The notes: a model not told the origin generated them from the letters alone. A stretch of DNA of 64,000 nucleotides from Terriglobia bacterium (GCA_963748015.1 CAVVHE010000004.1:800001-864000); one strand, 5' to 3'; shown: positions 19,064-28,584, numbered from the stretch's first letter. Made by a program: numbers and translations.

Positions 19064-20953
19064 TCAGGTTCGAAGCGGCCAGCGCAGCTCGAGCTCGCCC
19101 GCTCCGGGCAGCGATTGCGAGCCCGGCCAGCGAACCTTGAGGTACAGGTCCATGCCCGAGGGGTCCTGCTCGTTGGGGAGGACGGCGACCTTCACCGCAT
19201 CGGGCTCCGGCCGGCCGGCGGACCCCAACAGGGAGCGCAACGCCCGGTCGTAACCCGCCGCGATGTGCTCCGCGTCCCGCCCCGGCACCAGCAGCCCCTC
19301 CACCAGCATCGCGTAATTGACGAGGCGCCCCACGAACATCTGGAAGGGGAGGGTGGACTGGAGCTTTGCCCTGGCCTTGTCCGCCGCGTCCTGGTAGTGC
19401 TGGGGCGCGTGGACGGACGGGGCGAATCTGAGGAACGCGCGGTCGGAATCGAGAGGGGACGACAGCGCCATGACCCCGTTGATCGTGAGGTCCCTCTCGA
19501 CGTCGTCGGAGAACGAGGTCTCGAGGGGGAACGAAACCTCCTGCGCTCCGGGCCGCTCGTAGAGCCGCACCGGAAGGTCCTCGACGGTCCCCGACGAGCG
19601 CTGCCCCATCATGTCCGTGCACCAGCCGATGCGCGCGAACGAGCGGATCGCGAGCAGCGCCACCGCCCACACGGGGCTCCCCCAGAGATGCCGGCCGTCC
19701 GGCCCTTCGCCGGCGCCCTCGCGGTAATCGAACCCCCGCGCGCCCCACTCGCCGGGTGCGTAGGGGGGGCGGAGCAGGAACCGGTTGAACGCCGCGCCGA
19801 GCCAGCGGGACGAGCCGGACTCCCGGAGCCCGCGCCACTTCGTGTACTCGGGCGAGGCGAACAGCTCCTTGAGCCCGGACTTGCGGGCGAGCTCACCGAT
19901 CCGCGAGAGGCCGAGGAAGGGAGCGCCGACGGACGCGATCACCGGTGCCGAAAGGGCAGCGCCGCGGTCGGCGAGTCCCTGGAGCAGCTCGACATCGTCC
20001 GGTGCGCGGTCGAGCTCGAGATCCACCGCGACGAACGCGACGGGCTCCGGCGAGATGCTCTCCGTCTCCGGCGCGACCACGAGCTCGTCCAGGGCGCTCA
20101 GGAGCTGCTCCCGCCCGCAGGCCACGACCTCGACGCGTATCGGACTCTCGAAATCGGTTCGTTGCACCAGCAGCTTGAGGCCGCGCCAGGCCGCCTCGAG
20201 GCGGCGGATCTCGCTGTGGTGGAGGAGCGCATCCACCTGGGCCGAGAGGGCCGCGTCGATCTCGCGTAGGGCTCCCTCCACCGCTCCGGCGTCCGGAAGC
20301 TCGGACGCGCGAGAGGAGCTCGCGAGATGGCGCACGAAGGCATCGAGACGGTCGAGGTCGGCGCCCCTCCCCGAGGGGCCGGTTTCGGCGGGGCCGGGCG
20401 CGGCGACCTTGCCGAGGAGGGCATCGAGCCCGCCGCCCGCTGGCGCGGCAGGAGAAGGGGCGGCGGCGGGCGCGCTCGAATCGGAGGCGATCGCCGCCCT
20501 GACGATCTCGATCAGCGGCGTGCGGCTCTCCATCGAATCCAGGAGCGTGCGAACGTCGGCAACGCGCGCCTTCGCGGTCCTGAGATCCGCGAGAGCGCCC
20601 CGCAAGCGTAGAAGGTCCCGCGCGGCGGGGATCCGTTCCGCCAGGGCTTCCGGGCGGAACGACTTGAGCCCGGGAAGCTCGACCTCGACGATAAGGGGCT
20701 CCTTGCCCCCGCCGAGGCGGTCGGGCACGTCGACGAATGCCCGGAGGCCGAAACCGGCCATCACCTCGTCGAAAGACTGGCGATCGATTCGGATCCTGCG
20801 GCGACGCTCGACGGAGCGAGAGGTGCGGAGATCCCTGGGCAGGAGCTCGGCGAAGATCACGACTTTCAGCGGCATCTGGGGCACGGGCTCCCCGGTGGGG
20901 CCGAAATCCGCGTCCACCTTCTTCACGCCACCCCCCCGATCGTCCAGGCTCAT
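19064..20953 (-). CDS. Fused TssB-like/TssC-like sheath-domain protein
   Basis: 629 aa from ATG 20953 (AAGGAG RBS); TssB-like MPLKVVIFAEL...IDRQSFDEVM...SFRPEALAERIP; TssC-like IDAALSAQVDALLHH...LEAAWRGL, KWRGLRES, RFLLRPPY, LWGSP, VEDLP. Confidence 0.85.
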   Translation of the reverse strand: MSLDDRGGGVKKVDADFGPTGEPVPQMPLKVVIFAELLPRDLRTSRSVERRRRIRIDRQSFDEVMAGFGLRAFVDVPDRLGGGKEPLIVEVELPGLKSFRPEALAERIPAARDLLRLRGALADLRTAKARVADVRTLLDSMESRTPLIEIVRAAIASDSSAPAAAPSPAAPAGGGLDALLGKVAAPGPAETGPSGRGADLDRLDAFVRHLASSSRASELPDAGAVEGALREIDAALSAQVDALLHHSEIRRLEAAWRGLKLLVQRTDFESPIRVEVVACGREQLLSALDELVVAPETESISPEPVAFVAVDLELDRAPDDVELLQGLADRGAALSAPVIASVGAPFLGLSRIGELARKSGLKELFASPEYTKWRGLRESGSSRWLGAAFNRFLLRPPYAPGEWGARGFDYREGAGEGPDGRHLWGSPVWAVALLAIRSFARIGWCTDMMGQRSSGTVEDLPVRLYERPGAQEVSFPLETSFSDDVERDLTINGVMALSSPLDSDRAFLRFAPSVHAPQHYQDAADKARAKLQSTLPFQMFVGRLVNYAMLVEGLLVPGRDAEHIAAGYDRALRSLLGSAGRPEPDAVKVAVLPNEQDPSGMDLYLKVRWPGSQSLPGAGELELRWPLRT

Positions 20954-21107
20954 GGCACCCCTCCTTGCTTCGCCTCTCCTAGCGGTGCCGGCCGCGGGGC
21001 TCCCGCCGGGGCGGGCGGGCCCTTCGGGCCGGTGCACGGATTCTCGATCATCTTACACGGGAAAGAAGCGGCGGAGCGCTCTCATTCGGGGGCGTCGTGC
21101 GCCGGAA

Positions 21108-21470
21108 TCAGGATCCCAACGCGCGCCGGGCAGCCTCGACGTCGGGGTAGAGGGGGATCACCTGGAGGAGCATCGTGGTGGAGAGGAGGCCGTGAACCTT
21201 CGGGGGCGCCGCCGCCAGGACGAGCTTGCCCGAAGCCTTGGTCAACGACACGAACGCCGAAGCGATCGCTCCGAGGCCAGCCGAGTCGACCCGGACCAGG
21301 CCTTGGAGGTCGAGCACGATCCGGTGCGCCCCCTTGGCCTCGAGCTCGTGCACGGCTTCCAGCAGGAAACGCGTGGCGTCGTAACCCCAGAGATCGCCGG
21401 CAAGGTGGATGGACACGACGCCGTTCGCCTCCCGGATCTCGCGAACGGGTGATTCGCCGTCGCCGCTCAT
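21108..21470 (-). CDS. STAS-domain anti-sigma factor antagonist
   Basis: 120 aa; IVLDLQGLVRVDSAGLGAI phosphoacceptor motif. Confidence 0.88.
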   Translation of the reverse strand: MSGDGESPVREIREANGVVSIHLAGDLWGYDATRFLLEAVHELEAKGAHRIVLDLQGLVRVDSAGLGAIASAFVSLTKASGKLVLAAAPPKVHGLLSTTMLLQVIPLYPDVEAARRALGS

Positions 21471-21629
21471 GCCCCCTCCCTCGTCACGCACCCCGAGCCT
21501 GCGCCACTGCCGCGGTATCGCGCGCTCGTTTCGCAATCCTACGGAATTGTAACAGCGCGGGCAGCGGCGGGCTCGTCTTTCAGGCGGCGGGCGCGTAACA
21601 TCTTTCGGGATGCAAGGAGGCGGGAGCTC

Positions 21630-22526
21630 TTGAATCGGACACGTTCGCTGGTGTGCGCGACGGTGCTGGCGGTGGGAGCGCAGCTCTCCGCCATCGCCGC
21701 GGAGCCGGCTCGCAAGCCCCCGACTGCCCCGGCTCCGCCCTCGGAAATCGCGCCCGAGGCACCCGCCTGGCTCGGCCTGTTCCTCGGGGACGAGCCGGAC
21801 GGCGGGGTGAAGGTCGTCGTGGTGGCCGACGGGGGGCCGGCGGCCAAGGCCGGAGTCCACGAGGGGGATCTCCTGATCTCGGTGAACGGGAGGTCCGTGA
21901 CCGATCGCCGCAGGCTGAGACAGGTTCTCGAGGGCCTCAAGCCCGGGGAAAAGATCGCCCTGGAAACGTTGCGTGACGGGAAGAGCGAGATGCGCGTCGT
22001 CGAGGCGGAGCCCAGGGTCATTCGCCTGCGTATTCCCGAGCTCGCGCCCGGAGGGTCGGTCTGGCCCGGGGTGCCCAACGAGAACGCCCCCTTCCCGTCG
22101 GACGGCGACCCCTTCGGGGCGGCCTCGGCAGGGGCCACGGTCGTTTCCATTCCAGCAGACCTCCGGCGTCACTACGGGGCGCCCGCGGACGCCGGGGTCC
22201 TCGTGACGGGGATCGCGCCCGGAGGCCGCGCCGGCGCCGCGGGGGTCAAGGTCGGCGACGTCGTGGTCCGCGCGGGCGGGGCACCGCTCCGGGAGCCCGG
22301 TGATCTGGAGTTGCGCCTTCTCCGGCATGGAAGCTCCGCTGCCCTGACGCTCGAGATCCTGCGGGGCGGCAAGTCCCTCTCGGTTTCCGTACCCGCGGCC
22401 CCGCCGGCGCGCTCGGACGAAGCACGGGCGAAAAGGCTCGCGGAAATCGAGGCCGAGCTGGCGCGACTCGCCGCCCGAAAGAAGGAGCTTCAGCGCGAGG
22501 TCGAGCGGCTCGGGAGCGGTCGCTGA
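21630..22526 (+). CDS. Exported protein with two PDZ domains and C-terminal coiled coil
   Basis: Signal peptide; AWLGL...GPAAKAGVHEGDLLISVNG and GVLVTGIAPGGRAGAAGVKVGDVV; no protease domain. Confidence 0.85.
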   Translation: MNRTRSLVCATVLAVGAQLSAIAAEPARKPPTAPAPPSEIAPEAPAWLGLFLGDEPDGGVKVVVVADGGPAAKAGVHEGDLLISVNGRSVTDRRRLRQVLEGLKPGEKIALETLRDGKSEMRVVEAEPRVIRLRIPELAPGGSVWPGVPNENAPFPSDGDPFGAASAGATVVSIPADLRRHYGAPADAGVLVTGIAPGGRAGAAGVKVGDVVVRAGGAPLREPGDLELRLLRHGSSAALTLEILRGGKSLSVSVPAAPPARSDEARAKRLAEIEAELARLAARKKELQREVERLGSGR

Positions 22527-22572
22527 TCGCCGTTCGCGGCCCCGCGGGGAACCCGGGCGCGAGTCTCCTGGG

Positions 22573-23265
22573 CTAACGGGCCGTGGCGGTCCCGTTCCCG
22601 ATCGCCGGCAGCAGCTCGGGGAGGTCGCGCAGCGAGCCCAAGAGGGTCGCCCCCGTCGCGGCAAGCTCCGCGCGATCCGACGATCCGCCGGGAACGAGGA
22701 CGACCCGCACTCCTGCCCGCGAGGCGGTCTCCACGTCGAGCACCATGTCTCCGACGTAGATCGCCTCCTCGGGCGCAACGCCCATGGCTCGAAAACAGCG
22801 TCCGAGCATCGCGGGGTCGGGCTTCGTCGTTCCCGCCGTGTCCGGTCCCTCGATGGCGTCCAGGAACGCGGCGATTCCGAGTTGTTCCAGGATCGGGCGG
22901 CCGAAGCGAGCCAGCTTGTTGCTGGCGACGGACATGCGAAACCCGCGCGCGTGCAGCTCGCGGACGGTCTCGAGGGCGCCGGGAAGGGGCTTCGTGCGGG
23001 TCGCGTACACGCTCGAGTACCGCTCCCGGAAGATCAGGGCCCCGGCGGTGGCGCGCTCGGGCCCGAGGACGTCCGCCATGAGGGCCTCGAGGCCCCTGCC
23101 GACGAGCCTGCGAACGTCGGCCTCGGACAGCGGCTCGAGTCCGAAGCTCTCCCGCGCGGCGTTCAGGCTGGCCGCTATGGCGTCGTAGGAATCCACCAGG
23201 GTGCCGTCGAGGTCGAAGACCACGCCGCGAACGGGGGCCTCCGGCCGGTCGAGCCAGCCGCTCAT
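22573..23265 (-). CDS. HAD-family hydrolase (phosphoglycolate phosphatase-like)
   Basis: FDLDGTLVDS, VASNK, KPDP, YVGDMVLD. Confidence 0.9.
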   Translation of the reverse strand: MSGWLDRPEAPVRGVVFDLDGTLVDSYDAIAASLNAARESFGLEPLSEADVRRLVGRGLEALMADVLGPERATAGALIFRERYSSVYATRTKPLPGALETVRELHARGFRMSVASNKLARFGRPILEQLGIAAFLDAIEGPDTAGTTKPDPAMLGRCFRAMGVAPEEAIYVGDMVLDVETASRAGVRVVLVPGGSSDRAELAATGATLLGSLRDLPELLPAIGNGTATAR

Positions 23266-23272
23266 GCCGGCA

Positions 23273-23518
23273 TCAGCCCTCGGCCTCGAAGTGGAAGCGA
23301 AGACCCTTGAGAGCGGAGGCGTGGCGCTTGAGATTGAAGCGCCCCTGCTCGCAATCGAGGCAGCCCGCCGAGGTCTTGAACTTGGTGCGGATCGCGCACT
23401 CGGGGGAGGGGTACCAGATCTGGTAGCGCAGGCAGAAGAAATCGTCCGCCGGGCCCCGATGCAGGCACCGCATGCGGCTCGACGGCGAGAGCGGCTCTTC
23501 GTATTCGATTCCGGCCAT
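23273..23518 (-). CDS. Small Cys-rich hypothetical protein
   Basis: 81 aa, five Cys including CLDC; purine-rich RBS; fits between the HAD gene and a promoter. Confidence 0.65.
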   Translation of the reverse strand: MAGIEYEEPLSPSSRMRCLHRGPADDFFCLRYQIWYPSPECAIRTKFKTSAGCLDCEQGRFNLKRHASALKGLRFHFEAEG

Positions 23519-23570
23519 GCCCTTCCACCCGCACTGCGCCCGGCGACCGTATAGTCAAGAACAAGCCACC

Positions 23571-23620
23571 AGTATAGCATGCGGAACCGCTTCGGCCGGG
23601 ATACCGGGTGGTGCTATCGT
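23571..23620. promoter_or_regulatory. Divergent extended -10 elements for the small Cys gene (-) and asd operon (+)
   Basis: TGcTATACT on - strand at 23571-23579; TGcTATCGT on + strand at 23612-23620. Confidence 0.5.
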
Positions 23621-23638
23621 CCGCGGCGAGGAGGGCTC

Positions 23639-24706
23639 GTGGGACCATTCAGGGTGGGCATTCTGGGGGCCACGGGACTGGTCGGACAGCGGCTGGTCGA
23701 ACGGCTGGCACCCCACCCCTGGTTCGACATCGGCGTGCTCGGCGCCTCGGATCGCTCGGCGGGGCGTCCTTACCGGGAGGCGGTGCGGTGGAGGCTCTCG
23801 GAGGACCCGCCGGCGGATGCGGGAAGCCTCACGGTGCGCCCCTGCGTGCCGGGGGAGTTCGAGGGGTGCGCCCTGGTGTTCTCGGGGCTCGACGCCGGCG
23901 CCGCGCGGGAGATCGAGCCGCGCTTCGTCGAGGCGGGCTTCGCGGTGGTCAGCAATAGCTCGGCGTTTCGCATGGAGCCCGACGTCCCCATCCTCGTCCC
24001 GGAAGTCAACGCCGCTCATCTGGCCGTCCTCGCCGCCCAGCGCAAGCGTACCGGGGGCGGCTACATCGTCACGAACCCCAACTGCTCGGTCACCGGCCTG
24101 GTCCTGGCTCTTGCCCCGCTCCACCGGGCGTTCGGCGTCCGCCGCGTCGTGGTCGCCACGTACCAGGCGCTCTCGGGAGCGGGTCTCGAAGGACCGCGCG
24201 GTCTCGACATCGTGGACAACGTGATTCCCTGGATCCCCGGCGAGGAGGAGAAGATCGAGCTCGAGACCCCGAAGATCCTGGGCTCGCGGGAGGGAGGCGT
24301 CATCGTTCCCGCGGAGGTGCGGGTCGCGGCCCACTGCCACCGGGTCGGAACCCTCGACGGCCACCTCGAGGCGGTCTCGGTGGAGCTCGGTGTGAAGGTG
24401 AAGCCGGAGGATGCGATTCGCGTGCTGCGCGATTTCGAGGGAGAGACCGCGGGTCTCGGCCTTCCGTCGGCACCCCGGCACGCCGTCGTGGTGCGCGACG
24501 AGGAAGACCGCCCGCAGCCGCGCCTCGACCGCGACGCGGGAGGGGGGATGACCGTGGTGGTCGGGCGGGTACGCGCCTGCCCGGTGCTGACGCTTCGATT
24601 CGAGCTCCTCTCCCACAACACGATCCGCGGAGCGGCCGGAGGTACCCTTCTGAATGCCGAGCTGCTCGCCGCGCGCGGCGAGCTCGACCGGGAGATCCGG
24701 CCGTGA
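23639..24706 (+). CDS. asd: Aspartate-semialdehyde dehydrogenase (archaeal/fungal-type subfamily)
   Basis: GILGATGLVGQ, VTNPNCS, QALSGAG, CHRV...DGH, HNTIRGAAGG; GTG start with GAGGAG RBS. Confidence 0.95.
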   Translation: MGPFRVGILGATGLVGQRLVERLAPHPWFDIGVLGASDRSAGRPYREAVRWRLSEDPPADAGSLTVRPCVPGEFEGCALVFSGLDAGAAREIEPRFVEAGFAVVSNSSAFRMEPDVPILVPEVNAAHLAVLAAQRKRTGGGYIVTNPNCSVTGLVLALAPLHRAFGVRRVVVATYQALSGAGLEGPRGLDIVDNVIPWIPGEEEKIELETPKILGSREGGVIVPAEVRVAAHCHRVGTLDGHLEAVSVELGVKVKPEDAIRVLRDFEGETAGLGLPSAPRHAVVVRDEEDRPQPRLDRDAGGGMTVVVGRVRACPVLTLRFELLSHNTIRGAAGGTLLNAELLAARGELDREIRP

Positions 24707-26079
24707 TCGTGATGAAGTTCGGCGGCACGTCGGTCGCCGACGCGGCGCGGATCCTCGGCGTGGCCGGGATCGTACGCGGCCACCTCGACCGGCAGCCCGT
24801 GGTGGTGGTCTCGGCCCTCGCGGGGGTGACCGATCTGCTCGTGCGCGCGGTGGACGCGGCGAGGCGGGGCGACCGCGAGGCGATCGAGCCGCTGCTCGCC
24901 GACCTGGAGCGCCGGCACCGGTGGGCGCTGGCCGGCTCGATCGAGGACCCGAGGCGGCGCCACGATCTCTCCCTCGAGGTGGACGCGCTCTTCGAGGAGC
25001 TCCGGCAGCTTCTGCGCTCGGTGCGGATCCTGGGGGAGGGGACGCCGCGGTCCTCGGACGCCCTCCTCTCCTTCGGCGAGATCCTGTCCGGTCGGCTGGT
25101 TGCGGGGGCGCTCGAGGACCGGGGACTGCGCGTTCGATGGGTGGATCCTCGGGAAGTGATGATCACGAGCGCGGCGCACGGCGCCGCGGAGCCGGACATC
25201 GAGGAGGTCGCGAGGCGCTGCGGGACGGCGATCGCGCCGCTCCTCGCGGAGGCATGGGTCGCGGTCACGGGGGGCTTCGTGGGCGCGACCCCGGACGGCA
25301 GGACGACCACTCTGGGCCGCGGGGGATCGGACACGTCCGCTTCCGTCATCGGCGCGGCGATGGGCGCACTCGAGATCCAGATCTGGACCGACGTGGACGG
25401 CCTGATGAGCGCCGACCCGAAGCTGGTCCCCGCGGCGAGGACGATCCCTCGAGTGACGTTCGCCGAGGCGGCGGAGCTCGCGTACTACGGCGCCAAGGTC
25501 CTGCACCCGGCCTCGATCGCGCCGGCGGTCCGGCGGGCGATTCCGGTCCGCGTTCTCAACTCCCTCTCGCCCGGTGGCGCGGGAACCCTGATCCTCGCCG
25601 AGGGGGACCCCGCGGCCCTTCCGATCGTGTCCGTGGCGAGCCGGGGCGGAGTCCAGCGCGTGCGCGTCACGTCGCGGAGGATGCGCCTCGACCCGGGATT
25701 CCTGCCCGCAGTCCTCGCGGCTTTCGACCGCGAGGGAATCGCGCCGGAGCTCGTGGTCTCCTCCGAGGTGGCCGTCAGCCTGGCCCTCCCCTCCGACGCC
25801 CGTCTCGACGGAGTTCGCCTTGCGCTCTCGGGCGTCGCGGAGATCGAGGCGGCGCCCGGGCGCGCCCTCCTCTGCGTCGTGGGCTCGGGTCTCGGGCGGG
25901 ACGACGGGACCCGCGGATCGGTCCTGGCCGCCCTGGGCGAGGTGGACCCGGAGCTCGTGTCGCTCGGGGGATCGGGGACGAGCGTCACCGCCGTCGTGCC
26001 GGGAGAGCGTCTCGCGGACGCGGTTCGCGCGCTCCACCGGCGGTTCTTCGAGACGGGGCGCGAGGAGGTGAGGTCGTGA
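24703..26079 (+). CDS. lysC: Aspartate kinase
   Basis: MKFGGTSV, TTLGRGGSD, IWTDVDG, EAAELAYYGAKVLHP; C-terminal ACT-like region. Confidence 0.95.
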   Translation: MIVMKFGGTSVADAARILGVAGIVRGHLDRQPVVVVSALAGVTDLLVRAVDAARRGDREAIEPLLADLERRHRWALAGSIEDPRRRHDLSLEVDALFEELRQLLRSVRILGEGTPRSSDALLSFGEILSGRLVAGALEDRGLRVRWVDPREVMITSAAHGAAEPDIEEVARRCGTAIAPLLAEAWVAVTGGFVGATPDGRTTTLGRGGSDTSASVIGAAMGALEIQIWTDVDGLMSADPKLVPAARTIPRVTFAEAAELAYYGAKVLHPASIAPAVRRAIPVRVLNSLSPGGAGTLILAEGDPAALPIVSVASRGGVQRVRVTSRRMRLDPGFLPAVLAAFDREGIAPELVVSSEVAVSLALPSDARLDGVRLALSGVAEIEAAPGRALLCVVGSGLGRDDGTRGSVLAALGEVDPELVSLGGSGTSVTAVVPGERLADAVRALHRRFFETGREEVRS

Positions 26080-26843
26080 AGGTCGCGATCGTGGGCTACG
26101 GGAAGATGGGGCGGGAGGTCGAGGCCGCGGCGGTCCGGCGAGGGCACTCGGTCGTGGCTCGGGTCGACCCCGGGGGGGGCGCGGACGGCGTGGCGCGGCG
26201 GATCACGCGCGCTTCGCTGCGCGGGGCGACGGTGGCGTTCGAGTTCACCGCTCCCGGATCGGCGGAGGCGAACGTGATCGCCCTGCTCGGGGCCGGGGTC
26301 GCGGTGGTGTGCGGAACGACCGGGTGGGACCCGTCGAGCCGCGCGGTCGCCCTCGCGGCCAGACGGGCGGGGAAGGGTGCGGTCATCGCGCCGAACTTCT
26401 CGCCCGGCATGGCGCTGTTCGCCGAGGTCGTTCGCGAGGCGGCTGGCCGGTTCCTCGGCACGGGCGGCTACGATCCGTTCGTGGTCGAGTCGCACCACCG
26501 CGCGAAGAAGGACGCGCCGAGCGGAACGGCACTGAAGCTCGCCGGGATCGTGGCGTCGTGCGCTCCCGCGCGAGCGGAGGTGGTCGCCGGAATGCCGTCC
26601 GGAGCGGTGGTCCGGCCCGGCGCGGTGCACGTGGCGAGCGTGCGAGCCGGCCACGAGCCGGGAACGCACACCGTCGGGTTCGACGGTGCGCACGATGCCG
26701 TCACGCTCGTCCACCGAGCGCGCGACCGGGCGGGGCTGGCCCTGGGCGCGGTGCTCGCGGCGGAATGGGTCGCGCGGCGGCGGGGGATCCACGGATTCGA
26801 CGAGGTCGTCGCGGACTGGGTCCGCGCGGGAGGCGGAAAGTGA
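26076..26843 (+). CDS. dapB: 4-hydroxy-tetrahydrodipicolinate reductase
   Basis: GYGKMG, GTTGW, PNFS, ESHHRAKKDAPSGTA; GTGA overlap with lysC. Confidence 0.94.
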   Translation: MKVAIVGYGKMGREVEAAAVRRGHSVVARVDPGGGADGVARRITRASLRGATVAFEFTAPGSAEANVIALLGAGVAVVCGTTGWDPSSRAVALAARRAGKGAVIAPNFSPGMALFAEVVREAAGRFLGTGGYDPFVVESHHRAKKDAPSGTALKLAGIVASCAPARAEVVAGMPSGAVVRPGAVHVASVRAGHEPGTHTVGFDGAHDAVTLVHRARDRAGLALGAVLAAEWVARRRGIHGFDEVVADWVRAGGGK

Positions 26844-27751
26844 CGGCGCAGCGATCTCCCCTCGCGCTTCGCGGCGCGCTCACCGCGATCGTCACGCCTT
26901 TCCGGGAGGACGGGAGCGTCGATCTCCCCGCGTTCAAGGCCCTGGTGAGCTGGCAGGTGGAATGCGGGATCCACGGGCTCGTCCCCTGCGGGACGACGGG
27001 GGAGGGCGCGACGCTCCTCCCCGAGGAGCAGGAATCCGTGGTGGCGGCGGCCGTCGAGGCCGCAGCGGGGCGCGTCCCGATCGTGGCGGGGTGCGGCACC
27101 AACGACACGAGCCGGACCGTGGACCTGGCGCGTCGGGCCGTCGCCGCGGGAGCGGACGCGCTGCTGGTCGTCACCCCGTACTACAACAAGCCGAACCGGA
27201 GCGGAATGCTGGCCCACTTCAGGACGGTGTGCGATGCCGCGGACCGCCCGGTCGTGGTCTACAACGTGCCGGGACGAACCGGCCAGAACCTCGGCGCCGA
27301 CCTCATCCTCGAGCTCGCCCGGATCCCGGGAGTCGCGGGAGTGAAGGAAGCGTCGGGAAACCTGGAGCAGCAGGCGTCCATTCTCGCGGGCCGGCCCGAC
27401 GGCTTCGCGGTGCTCTCGGGAGACGACGGCCTGGCGCTCCCCGCGATGGCCCTGGGGGCGGACGGCCTGATCTCGGTGGTCTCGAACGAAGCTCCCGCGG
27501 AGACCGCGGAGATGATCGGCGCCGCGCTCGCGGGGGATTTCGCGCGCGCGCGCTCCCTGCACTTCCGGCTCCTGCCCCTGATGCGCGCGAATTTCGTCGA
27601 GACGAGCCCGGTGCCGGTCAAGACCGCGATGGCCCTTCTCGGGCGATGCGCCGGATCGGTGCGCGCGCCGCTGGGACCGCCCGACGCCGCAACGCGAGAG
27701 GCCGTTCGCGCCGCGCTGGTGCTGGCCTCCCTGCTGGAGCCGTCACGGTGA
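26840..27751 (+). CDS. dapA: 4-hydroxy-tetrahydrodipicolinate synthase
   Basis: TAIVTPF, GTTGE, PYYNKP, YNVPGRTG, GVKEASG, SGDD. Confidence 0.96.
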   Translation: MTAQRSPLALRGALTAIVTPFREDGSVDLPAFKALVSWQVECGIHGLVPCGTTGEGATLLPEEQESVVAAAVEAAAGRVPIVAGCGTNDTSRTVDLARRAVAAGADALLVVTPYYNKPNRSGMLAHFRTVCDAADRPVVVYNVPGRTGQNLGADLILELARIPGVAGVKEASGNLEQQASILAGRPDGFAVLSGDDGLALPAMALGADGLISVVSNEAPAETAEMIGAALAGDFARARSLHFRLLPLMRANFVETSPVPVKTAMALLGRCAGSVRAPLGPPDAATREAVRAALVLASLLEPSR

Positions 27752-28584
27752 GCCCGGAAGAGCTCCGCCGGGAGGTGGAACGGATCGTGGCCGCGGCCGA
27801 CCCCCCGGGCGACGAGGTCCGAGGGGTCGTGGCCGCGCTCCTGGCTGCCCTCGAGGAGGGAAAGGTGCGGGCGGCGGAGCCCGAGGGATCCTCGTGGCGG
27901 GTGAACGCCTGGGTGAAGCAGGGCATCGTGCTCGCGTTTCGGACCGGGACCAACGCCGAGGTGGCCGACGGGGCCGTGTTCCGCTTTCGCGACAGAAAGA
28001 CGCTCCTGCCGGATGGATCGCCGCCCCCCCCCGGCGTCCGGATCGTGCCCGGCGGGACGGTCGTTCGCCGGGGTGCGCACCTGGCCGGCGGGGTCGTGGT
28101 CATGCCCCCCGCGTACGTCAACGTCGGCGCGTGGGTGGGCGAGCGATCGATGATCGACAGCCACGCGCTCGTCGGGTCTTGCGCCCAGGTGGGACGCGAC
28201 GTGCACGTCTCCGCCGCGGCCCAGATCGGGGGGGTCCTCGAGCCCGTCGGCTCCCTCCCGGTGATCGTCGAGGACGGTGCGTTCGTGGGGGGGGGCTGCG
28301 GGATCTACGAGGGCGCGCGCGTCGGCGCTCGCGCGGTGCTCGCGGCCGGCGTCATTCTCGCGAGGTCCGTCCCGCTTTTCGACCTCGTCCGGCGAAGGGT
28401 GATCCGGGCGGCCCCCGGCGGGCCGCTCGAGGTTCCGGAGGGAGCCGTCGTCGTTCCCGGTTCGCGGCCGGCGGCGGGGGACTACGCGGCGAGCCTGGGC
28501 CTCCACCTCCAGGCGCCGGTCATCGTCAAGTACCGGGACGGCGCGACGGACGCCGCTTCAGCTCTCGAGGAGGCCCTTCGATGA
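27748..28584 (+). CDS. dapD: Tetrahydrodipicolinate N-succinyltransferase
   Basis: WRVNAWVKQGI, RIVPG, YVNVGA, VGSCAQVG, GGVLEP hexapeptide repeats. Confidence 0.94.
   Translation: MSPEELRREVERIVAAADPPGDEVRGVVAALLAALEEGKVRAAEPEGSSWRVNAWVKQGIVLAFRTGTNAEVADGAVFRFRDRKTLLPDGSPPPPGVRIVPGGTVVRRGAHLAGGVVVMPPAYVNVGAWVGERSMIDSHALVGSCAQVGRDVHVSAAAQIGGVLEPVGSLPVIVEDGAFVGGGCGIYEGARVGARAVLAAGVILARSVPLFDLVRRRVIRAAPGGPLEVPEGAVVVPGSRPAAGDYAASLGLHLQAPVIVKYRDGATDAASALEEALR

Noticed and set aside
1..20953. Extracellular contractile injection system or prophage tail
   Set aside because: ClpV, TssC, Hcp and TssE/F/G are T6SS-type; no tape measure, capsid or Afp15-like ATPase is seen. The missing tssA/B/J/K/L/M probably lie upstream of the window.
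23519..23638. Lysine riboswitch upstream of the dap operon
   Set aside because: The spacer is only 120 nt and holds divergent promoter elements; no aptamer motif recognised.
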